Of a stretch of 16,635 nt of DNA, positions 9,006 through 16,635 are shown in pieces. Positions within the stretch are counted from its first letter, which is position 1. Every line of letters begins with the position of its first letter. Position numbers and translations under genes: made by a program. The notes beneath the pieces are model-generated. The model had not been told where the DNA came from. It did no database searches and worked only from the letters and a program-made list of their open reading frames with translations. Source of the stretch: an uncultured delta proteobacterium (lineage in GTDB: Bacteria; Desulfobacterota; BSN033; UBA1163); NCBI GenBank assembly GCA_963708295.1, contig CAVPSJ010000010.1:1-16635 (forward strand), read 5' to 3'.

Positions 9006-9221
9006 TCCGAGGCCGTGTTGTCATGTTCATTGCGAGGGAGAAAAACGACGAAAGCAATCTCATCACGAGTTAAAAACGAAGAGATTGCCACGCCTGCTTG
9101 CGGAAACATTTGTCTGCACAAACCGCTTGGGTTGAGAGAGGCACTCCGGCGTGCAGGCACTCTCTCCCGCTAAAGCGGGGTCGCTCGCAATGACAAGGAG
9201 GGATTGAGACACAGTCTCGGA
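9006..9221. mobile_element. MITE-like nested palindromic element with imperfect terminal inverted repeats
   Basis: TCCGAGGCCGTGT (9006-9018) / ACACAGTCTCGGA (9209-9221), 11/13; TCATTGCGAG (9027-9036) / CTCGCAATGA (9184-9193); GCAATCTC (9054-9061) / GAGATTGC (9081-9088); GAGAGAG (9134-9140) / CTCTCTC (9160-9166); CCCGC-TAAA-GCGGG (9166-9179). Confidence 0.65.
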
Positions 9222-9312
9222 TAAGACCGAGTGGGAGAGAAAAGACAGGTGGGTTATAATGAAAAATCTTATTGCCCCTGGATAAGCAAGCGCTTTAGAA
9301 TTTCATAGGGTT

Positions 9313-9321
9313 TGGTATAAT
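9313..9321 (+). promoter_or_regulatory. Extended -10 promoter element for the DUF4301 gene
   Basis: TGGTATAAT (TGn-TATAAT) 25 nt upstream of ATG 9347; a second TATAAT at 9255-9260. Confidence 0.5.
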
Positions 9322-9346
9322 GGGGTCGAGAAGGAAAGGGAATGGA

Positions 9347-10917
9347 ATGAGGGGTTTCGAATTCAGCCGGGATGATCGTCTCCAGATGCAGCGTCTGGGT
9401 GTTTCGGAAGACCAGGTGAGAGCGCAGATTCAGGTATTCCGGAAGCCCTTGTTCTTCGCGCGACTCCGCCGGCCCTGTACTCTTGGAGACGGGATTCAAC
9501 AGATTTCCCCGGATGCATTGGAATACTATACCCATTTGCACGAAGAGGCTGCCCAGAAGGGTCGTTTCACAAAATTTGTCCCGGCCTCCGGGGCAGCGAG
9601 CCGAATGTTTAAACTCCTCTTCGAAATCTATGGCCAGAGGCCACTTCCCTCCATGAAAGAATTCCGTGAGCAGGCCGACAGAGGAGACCGGAAGGCAAAG
9701 GATTTTCTTTGTTTTTGCGATGGAATTCGAAAGTTGGCCTTTTTCGATGATTTGAAATCGATGCTAGACAAGAAAGGCCTTTCGGTGGATAAACTATTAG
9801 AGGATCGATGGCAGAAAATTCTAGAATGCCTGCTGAGCGAGCAGGGCTTGAATTACGGGGTCCTTCCCAAGGGGTTATTGGAGTTTCACCGATATTCGTC
9901 TGGAAATCGCACGGCGCTGGAAGAACATTTGGTTGAGGCCATTCATACGGTTCGAGATAGGGAAGGAGTTTGCCGCATCACTTGTTTGTCTCGCCGGAGC
10001 AAGAAGGACCTTCCCGCCGATATTTTGAAAAGATAAAGTCTGGGTACGAGCAACAGTTTCAGTGCCTCTTGGAATCTCACTTTTTCGATTCAAAAACATT
10101 CGACCGATACGATTGCCGTGGATTTGGAAAATCGGCCCTTTCGAGAAGGGGACGGACGCCTTCTCTTCAGCCCGGAGGCCACGGGGCGATTCTCTCGAAT
10201 CTGGCGGAGGTGCAGGGGGATCTTATCTATCTCAAAAATATTGACAACATCTTGCCGGACCGGCTCAGAGGGCCTACGATCATTTGGAAGAAGGCGTTAG
10301 GTGGACTTCTGGTAGAAATCCAGAAAAGGATTTACGAATACGTGGGGCGGTTGACAGAGGGTTCGAAAGACGCTGGGCTGCTTGAAACGGTCATAGACTT
10401 TGCCAGGAAAAGGCTTCTGATACCGGAGCCGCAAGCTTTTAAACAATCGACCGTTGAAAGAAAAGGGGTTACCTTCTGAAGGGACTGAACCGTCCCCTGA
10501 GGGTGTGCGGGATGGTTAGGAATGAAGGGGAGCCCGGGGGAGGGCCTTTCTGGGTGGAAGGGAAGGATGGGAATTTATCTCTGCAAATCGTTGAAAGCGC
10601 CGAGGTGGATCCCCAATCATCTGAACAACAGGCGATTTGGGGCTCTTCAACCCATTTCAACCCCGTTGACCTTGTCTGCGCTGTCAAAGATTTCCGGGGG
10701 AATCCGTTTCCCCTAAAAACTACGTCAAACCGGACGGCTGTTTTCATTTCTCAAAAGTCCGAAGACGGCCGGGATCTCAAGTCGCTGGAATTACCCGGCT
10801 TATGGACACGGGGCCATGGCGGAGTGGATGACCCTCTTTGTAGAGGTGCCAATCGCTACTTTTAACCCAGTTAAAACGGTCAATGACTTGCTCAAATCCG
10901 AACATCAAGCTGGGTAA
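9347..10917 (+). CDS. DUF4301 family protein (nucleotide-diphospho-sugar transferase-like fold); at least 5 frameshifts
   Basis: KFVPASGAASRMFK, GLNYGVLPKGLLEFH, TALEEHLVE, QKHSTDTIAVD, PGGHGAIL, LKNIDN, LNRPLRVCGMVRNEGEPGGGPFWV, STHFNPVDLVC, LELPGLW, VEVPIATFNPVKTVNDLLKSEHQ*. Shifts near 9980, 10080, 10170, 10465 and 10806. Confidence 0.88.
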
Positions 10918-11037
10918 CAAAGTCTACCAATTGACCTGTAGTCCTTTTTTCTTCAGATAATCCTTGACTTCCCTGAATGCTTAAGATGCGGTAGTGAAAA
11001 ACCGACGCAGCGAGTAGAATCTGAGCGCCGCCCTAAC

Positions 11038-11069
11038 AAAGCCCCTCCTTAATAGAAGGAGGGGCTTTT
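11038..11069. terminator. Bidirectional intrinsic terminator between convergent genes
   Basis: Perfect 13-bp stem AAAGCCCCTCCTT / AAGGAGGGGCTTT with AATAG loop and short A/T tails on both sides. Confidence 0.8.
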
Positions 11070-11094
11070 GAGGTTTATAAATCTGCAGACACAC

Positions 11095-13442
11095 TTAAGA
11101 TGTTTTTAAGTTAAACGAAACAGTGGCAGTTACTTTGTCAGAACCTTCTGGTGCTGGGAAAGTTAATTCCTTGATCTTTTGGATGATGCATTGTTCCAGA
11201 TTCTTATCATTGAGTTTGCTTGAAACCAAATTTACCTTTGTGACACGGCCTTTCGAATCAATCATCAGTTGAAAGGTGGCTTCGCCTTGGATATTCGGTT
11301 TCTTCTCCAAAGCCTTTTGATAGCAGAGTTCAATAGACGGGGATCTGTTGTTTGAGCACCTTCTGAATATGTTTCTTTGGATAGACCTCTGTTGTGGAGA
11401 TTTCTCCCAATTCAACAGACACACGTACTGGTTTAGAAACGAAACGCTCATCTTTGCATCTCTTCTCTAACTTGGCTCCTCTCGACCTCGGTGAATCTAA
11501 AAGTGGCAAGGGGGGACATCGCTTTTTGGGCGACGCTTCCTCTTCCCACTGCATAATCAGAGACACCTTCAGGCAGTGGAAGCGGTTGTTTGACGGTTAC
11601 GGCTTGACCGTCGACGAGTCTTACTTCCGTATCAATGGCTACGAATGATGTGTAAGCGGTCAGCAAATTATAAGTCAGACCGAGTTGGGTCACTTCCTTG
11701 ATTCGATCGGCATCCTGATGCAGAGAGTTGTAATCAGAGAGGAGGGTTATTCGATGGCGGGCCCAGAGGTATTGGAGGGCAGAATTGGACTTGAGCGGTC
11801 TTTCTTTTCGTATATCAATTTTATTCACATAGGGAGCGCTGCTTGTCATTCCACTTAGAGTAATTTCACCCACTGGCTTGCCACGCCATTTTCCAAAGAC
11901 AATGACAGGCCTCTCAGCAAACACATCAGGAATGCTGAGCGGTTCCACATCATAGACATTGAACTTTCCAAAGTCCACCTTGATCTTTGTTAATACAGGT
12001 GACTCAATCATTTTTCTAAATTTCTCTGCTTTTTCTCGAATTTCTTCAGGTTTGCTAATCACAAATGGTTCACCCATTCCCACCCTGGCCATCCCCTCCA
12101 GGAGATGGCGATTAACGGCTGAACCGATGCCGAAGGTAAACATATTGGCATCACCAAGATTTTTACGGATCAGGTCAAACACTTCCTCTTCAACCATGAC
12201 ATATCCGTCCGTTGCGATAACGACTGTTCGTGAGAATCCCTCAGATCTTGTCAAGGAGAGGGCCCGTTTCAGAGCCGGCAGAAGTTCTGTTCCACCGCCT
12301 CCACGCTGTTTGTCAATGAGGTTGATTGCACGATGAATGTTTTCGGAAGTGGCGGGTAGGGATTGTTCTGACATTAAAGAGGAGCCACCAGAAAACAGAA
12401 GCACATTGAACTTATCGGTGGGGCGAAGGTTGCCAATCAAATCTTTAAGAAGTTTTTTGGATATATCCAACGGGAAACCATACATGGAGCCGGAGACATC
12501 GACAATGAAGATATACTCACGGGGAGGAATCTGGCTGACATTTACTCGTTTCGGAGGCTGAACCATGAGCAAGAAAAAGTTTTCTTTCTCACCTTCGAAT
12601 AGAAGAAGTCCGGATTGTACCTTACCACCGGCGAGTTGGTATTTCAGAATGAAATCACGGTTTCCGCCGTTCTTGTCTGAAGGATCGAGTTTGATGGACG
12701 CGCGGGAAGGGCCATCGTAATGGATGTTTACCTTGTGGGAGGTGCAGGCGACATTCTGAATCGGAAGGCCAGCGGCAAGATTGGCAGTTATTTCAAAAGT
12801 GTAGGTTGGAGGTTCGCCCTGATGGAGGTAGGGGTTCTCAACCCACTTCTGCGAGGGACGGGCTGTTTCTGCAGGCGGGTTGGAATAACGCGGTCCCACA
12901 ACCGTTGGATAAACAAATTCATAAATCCCATCTGTGGGAACCAGGAGCTCTGTATATTTCAGCTCCACCTGAATCACATCCCCCGGCAGGATGTTGGCAA
13001 CATTCATCTGGAAGACATTAGGTCTGTGTTGCTCTAACAGGGATGCACTTTTCCCCTGTTGTTTTGCCTCTTCGTATTGACGCCGTGCTTCTTTACGTTC
13101 TTGAATCTTGGCAATGATGGTTCGTTTTCCAATGGTCATTTTCATTCCGTAAACAGCGGCACGGGTCGATGCCGGGAAAATGTAGATCGCCTCCAGAGGT
13201 GTTTTGCCTTCATTCTTATAGACTTGTGTCACGATGACATCAGCAATCACACCAACCACTTTTACATCGGCGGATGTTGATTTGAGAGGGAGTTGATCCA
13301 CACTGGGGTCGTCGCTCTTAACGAAGAAGTAGGGGGAGAGTGTTTTATTGGCTTCCTCCATAGGTTGTGCCTGCGTAACGGCGGCGATGAGTACCAACAT
13401 TGCAAAAATAAACGGCAAAAAGATTTTGTTTATTGGGTGCAT
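11095..13442 (-). CDS. Exported VIT + vWA domain protein with C-terminal AgmX/PglI-like (TonB-C fold) domain; frameshifts at about 11340-11480
   Basis: GGAGG RBS, then MHPINKIFLPFIFAMLVLIAAVTQA (signal peptide). VIT: LPLKST..IADVIVTQVYKN..LEAIYIFP..ASLLEQ.RPNVFQMNVANILPG. vWA MIDAS: IVDVSGSM, GGGTE, TDG. LLTAYTSFVAID. The tail reads across frames as GLSKE..IQKVLKQQIPSIELCYQKALEKKPNIQG..IDSKGRV..EQCIIQKIKELTFPAP. Confidence 0.87.
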
Positions 13443-13483
13443 CTCGGTTTCCTCCTTTTCACTGGGTTTTGTTTTCACCTCAA

Positions 13484-13510
13484 TAGACAAGGAAGAAACA
13501 AAAAAGTTCC
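13484..13510 (-). promoter_or_regulatory. Putative ECF sigma factor promoter of the VIT-vWA gene
   Basis: Minus strand GGAACT (13510-13505), 16-nt spacer, GTCTA (13488-13484); about 40 nt upstream of ATG 13442. Confidence 0.6.
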
Positions 13511-13599
13511 AAAATTCAAAGAATAATTTGGAAGGGATCTAAAGATAGCCCTGAAACAAGGGAAGGAAGCGAGTCAATTCTGGCTGGATACGAGATTGC

Positions 13600-14343
13600 T
13601 TAGGAGATTCTGAATCGAGACTGTAGGTTGGACCGGCGCTTACTTATTTTTCCGCGAAGCTTCATCCTAAGGAATCGATTTGCAATGGACCCCATCTCTA
13701 AGTGCTTCAGGGGACGGGTGACAACCTCCACTCTGTTTCCGCGGATGGCTGCAAAAATAGATTCAAGGTTCTTCTCTGCATAGATCAATGAATAGGTGGT
13801 TCCCATTTGAGAGAGGAAATGAGCGTCTGAGTTTCCGACTAATGGGAATCCAAGAGATTGGCATACTTCCAAAGCCCTTTGGTTGAAGTTGATCATTGAA
13901 GAATAGAAATGGCAATATTCGAGGGCATCGAAGAGATTCAGGTGTTTTAAAAGGTGTCCGTTTAAAGAATAGCTACCGGGGAAATAGGGGTGCGGAGCAA
14001 TGATCAAGGTTTCCGGACGGCGCAATTTTGAAAGAGAGAGAAAATCCGAGCACATTTTATACGGGGGAGGGTTGAGAACCAGGACATGACGTCTCTGAAT
14101 CGTCATCTCTACGCCAGGGATGAGGAGGACACCCCTCTCCTGCGCGTAGGACAACAGGTCGTGATTGAAGGTCATCTGGTGATGATTGGTGATGGAAATC
14201 ACGTCAAAGTCTTGATCAGCAGCTTTTGAGATAAGCTCTTTGGCCGTGTATCGTACACGATCAAGAGGATCTTCCGCTGTGTGAAGATGCAAGTCAGCCT
14301 TAAGGGGTCTCCGTCTCTTAGTTTTGGTAATGGATTCTTTCAA
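13600..14343 (-). CDS. PHP domain metal-dependent phosphoesterase
   Basis: KADLHLHT, ISITNHH, IPGVEM, HVLVL, IIAPHP, DALE, GNSDAH; TTG start with AGGA upstream. Confidence 0.88.
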   Translation of the reverse strand: MKESITKTKRRRPLKADLHLHTAEDPLDRVRYTAKELISKAADQDFDVISITNHHQMTFNHDLLSYAQERGVLLIPGVEMTIQRRHVLVLNPPPYKMCSDFLSLSKLRRPETLIIAPHPYFPGSYSLNGHLLKHLNLFDALEYCHFYSSMINFNQRALEVCQSLGFPLVGNSDAHFLSQMGTTYSLIYAEKNLESIFAAIRGNRVEVVTRPLKHLEMGSIANRFLRMKLRGKISKRRSNLQSRFRIS

Positions 14344-14382
14344 TATTTCCTAATCCCACCCGGGTGTTTCAGCCAGCACCTA

Positions 14383-14411
14383 ACTATAAGATTTCACAAG
14401 CGTCATGTCAA
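14383..14411 (-). promoter_or_regulatory. Near-consensus sigma70 promoter of the PHP gene
   Basis: Minus strand TTGACA (14411-14406), 17-nt spacer, TATAGT (14388-14383); about 40 nt upstream of the start codon. Confidence 0.7.
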
Positions 14412-14465
14412 ATTTCTGGAAGAATGGTTAATGATAACACTTTTTGGAATGACATTCTTCTGCAT

Positions 14466-14499
14466 CCAGGAACAAAATGTGTCGCTCCTGGTACAAAAT
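14466..14499. promoter_or_regulatory. Direct repeat with 21-bp period; candidate transcription-factor/enhancer site
   Basis: CCAGGAACAAAAT (14466-14478) and CCTGGTACAAAAT (14487-14499), 11/13 identical; CCAGGA/TCCTGG also form an inverted pair. Confidence 0.45.
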
Positions 14500-14613
14500 A
14501 AGCTGGCAAATCCTCGTCTCAGAAAAATCGGTTTGCCTTCAAATCTGAAGAAAAATATTATGATATTAAGGTGTTAAGAAATTTTCATAATTTTTCGGAC
14601 GCCTCCAAAAACC

Positions 14614-14630
14614 TGGCATTAAATATGCCA
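14614..14630. promoter_or_regulatory. Putative sigma54 (-24/-12) promoter, self-complementary
   Basis: TGGCATTAAATATGCCA gives TGGCA...TGC with GG-N10-GC spacing on both strands; AT-rich tract upstream. Confidence 0.55.
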
Positions 14631-14727
14631 ACGATACCAACAGTTAAACATCTACTATGATCGCGAAGGGGCTCGGTACTGGGTTTGAATAAATACTAGA
14701 TTGATTAAGACGGATAAGGCTGAGAAA

Positions 14728-15054
14728 ATGACAATTCCTGGTTTAAGTTTCATTTCACATTTGCGCAAGTCTCGTTCTAAACAGATACCCGAGCGCCCCC
14801 ATTTGTTTATGGCTGGTCTCAATCAAAAGGTTTTTCTTACCGAGTGGGGTGAACCGGAAACTCAGGTTAGCCTTAACCAGCTGGGCAAATTGAGCAACCT
14901 GGGAACAATGTTCTTAGTTGCCGAACCTGCCGAAAAGGCTCATACCTCTGTCTGGATATATAAGAAGAAGAATAGTATTCTCCTCTTTACAAGGGAGAAA
15001 CTGGTTTCTCATTTTAGTTTCAATAGATTCAGATATGAATTAGAACAAGGATAA
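14728..15054 (+). CDS. Hypothetical protein (about 108 aa)
   Basis: Only sizeable ORF downstream of the sigma54-like site (TTG 14701 or ATG 14728). GLNQKVFLTEWGEP...VWIY...LLF pattern is loosely reminiscent of BamE/SmpA-like folds; not firmly recognised. Confidence 0.6.
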   Translation: MTIPGLSFISHLRKSRSKQIPERPHLFMAGLNQKVFLTEWGEPETQVSLNQLGKLSNLGTMFLVAEPAEKAHTSVWIYKKKNSILLFTREKLVSHFSFNRFRYELEQG

Positions 15055-15171
15055 GAGAACCATCCTCGAACAGACCCCTGAAATTACCCGCAGAGATTTC
15101 CAGTCTGTGATAACGCAAGACTTGGCCCCATTTCACGCGGCGGCCCCATCGTTCTTTCAGCAGAATGAATA

Positions 15172-16381
15172 TTACTGGATCACCCCTTGCTCTCTAAATT
15201 TGGCGATTTCGTCCCTTCTATAGCCAACCTCTAGTAAAATCTCTTCGGTGTGTTGTCCCAATGCGGGGGCTTCCCGGCGCCACGATGCCGGAGTCTCGCT
15301 GAAGTCCCAGGGAAAGCCAACCATCTTCATTCTGCCCCAGGCCGGGTGCTGGGCATCGATGAAGTATTGATTGGCCAAGGCCTGTGGGTCATTCGATACC
15401 TCTAAAGGCGTTTGAATCGGGGTAAAGATGCAGCCCTCTTCCGTAAGAATCTTCGTCCATTCATCTCTGGATTTTACGGCAAACTGCCGATCCAGAATGG
15501 CGACCAACTCTTCTGCGTTCTGTCCCCTGGCCTCAATACTATCGAATCTTGGGTCATGCTGTAATTCCTGAATGCCGACGGCCTTACAGATTTTTGGCCA
15601 GTATCTGTCCGGATCGAGGTGGGCAATAGCAATCCATTTGCCATCCTTGCACCGATAGTGATTATACAAAGGGTTCCCGGCCGCTGCCCTGATTTCCCTG
15701 GGGAATTCTTGGCCGAGTATGGCCGGGGCTGCCATGATAAATCCGAGCATAGCAATCAGGCTTCCCATCAGGGAAGTGTCGACCACCTGACCTTTGCCCG
15801 TTTTCTCCCGCGCGTAAAGGGCTGCCGTCACCCCCCAAGCACACATCAGTCCGCCTATTTCATCGCCAATTCCCGGCAGGATTTGACTCGGGGGAGTTCC
15901 CCGTTCGCCGCAGGACATCATCATCCCGGAGCGGGCTATCCCCGTATAGTCAAAGGAAAGCTCATTGGCTTCGGGTCCCTTTCGTCCCCAGCCTGAAGCC
16001 TGAGCATAGATAAGCCGCGGGTTGCGGGCCAGCAGGGTCTCGGGCCCGATGCCCAATTTTATCGGGGCTTCTATGCTCATGTTATTCAGAAACACATCCG
16101 CCGTCGATCAGTTTGAGAAAAATTTCTATCCCCTTTTTGTTCTTAAGATCTAAGACGATGCTTCTCTTGTTCCGGTTATGGTGCTCAAAGTAGTAATTCC
16201 GGCCCTTCAGCCCGGTCATCGCACCAATAATTTTCATGAATCCTCTTCCAGGATCCCCTGTCTTCGCTTCAACCTTGATGACATCCGCGCCGAGATCTCC
16301 CAGCCTCATTCCAGCCACAGGTCCCTGCTGAAACATCGTAATCTCCACAACCTTAACTCCTTTTAATGGTCCTGCCGTCAT
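15172..16381 (-). CDS. CaiB/BaiF family III CoA-transferase; one frameshift near 16100
   Basis: GGAGG RBS; MTAGPLKGVKVVE..QGP..LGDLGADVIKVE..GDP.R, NRNKRSIVLDLK, NPRLIYAQASGWG..GP, catalytic Asp region PGIGDEIGG, TGKGQVVDTSL, APALGQHTEEIL. ORFs 16082..16489 and 15172..16095 join at (A)DVFLNN. Confidence 0.92.
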
Positions 16382-16473
16382 TTCAAAACCTCCTTGAAGA
16401 AAATTAATGAACGGTTGGTCCTCAATTTTATGCAAGTAAATGATTTGGAGAGAGTGATTGTTGTCTCTCCTCC

Positions 16474-16508
16474 AAAAAAAAAGGGCCATGGGTTTAACCC
16501 ATGGCCCT
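16474..16508 (-). terminator. Intrinsic terminator in the 5' leader of the CoA-transferase gene
   Basis: Inverted repeat AGGGCCATGGGTT / AACCCATGGCCCT (16482-16508), running into a 9-U tract on the minus strand (A-run 16474-16482). Confidence 0.85.
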
Positions 16509-16635
16509 CATATTGCTGAACGAAATCCATGGGCAGCTTTTATGGTCTGCCCATGGCCTCTTCTCAGTTAATTGCGTCTTCTGAGAGAGGAGGGCAGCCC
16601 TTTGTTAAAGCTAAAAAAGCCAAGGTTAAGGAAAC
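16474..16635 (-). promoter_or_regulatory. Attenuator-like leader with mutually exclusive hairpins
   Basis: Segment 1 CCATGGGCAG (16556-16547) pairs with segment 2 CTGCCCATGG (16536-16527). Segment 2 can instead pair with CCATGGG in the terminator's 5' arm. Two open frames end just upstream of segment 1. Confidence 0.6.

Noticed and set aside
8932-9066. 45-aa N-terminal extension of ORF 7624..9066
   Set aside because: It runs into the palindromic element and looks non-coding; MKKNLP at 8931 is the more plausible start.
10985-11040. c-di-GMP-I riboswitch, tmRNA or integron attC resemblance
   Set aside because: GAAA...GACGCA is present but the GGCAAA core and second stem are missing; no tRNA-like ends; CTAAC lacks a matching GTTRRRY partner; no integrase.
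14281-14577. 98-aa + strand ORF
   Set aside because: Overlaps the PHP start and its promoter, has no motif, and lies in AT-rich regulatory DNA.
16382-16489. N-terminal extension of the CoA-transferase (MALFFWRR...)
   Set aside because: The ATG is inside the terminator stem; GGAGG precedes ATG 16381 and family similarity starts there.

Overview
A 16.6 kb chromosomal window of roughly 49% GC. Gene content and intergenic repeats suggest a deltaproteobacterium (Desulfobacterota/Syntrophales-like); this is an inference. It holds about 12 mostly unrelated genes: a FAD-dependent oxidoreductase, a Bug/TctC solute-binding protein, an ABC-2 exporter ATPase and permease separated by an acetolactate-synthase-like ThDP enzyme, a xylose-isomerase-like TIM-barrel protein, a membrane protein fused to a DUF4332-like domain, a DUF4301 protein, a signal-peptide VIT-vWA protein with an AgmX/PglI (TonB-C-like) tail, a PHP phosphoesterase, a small hypothetical protein and a CaiB/BaiF CoA-transferase. 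Seven of the twelve genes are broken by small frameshifts while their motifs remain recognisable, which points to long-read indel errors rather than true pseudogenes. The most interesting signals are non-coding: (i) a 1:2 / 2:3 / 3:4 attenuator-like leader with a possible leader peptide upstream of the CoA-transferase; (ii) three palindromic REP/MITE-like elements, two clearly nested and one with IS-like terminal inverted repeats; (iii) heptamer tandem arrays, including an inverted pair bracketing one gene; (iv) an ECF-type promoter in front of the VIT-vWA-TonB-C fusion; (v) a self-complementary sigma54-like site with a 21-bp-period direct repeat upstream. No rRNA, tRNA, CRISPR array or transposase was recognised.
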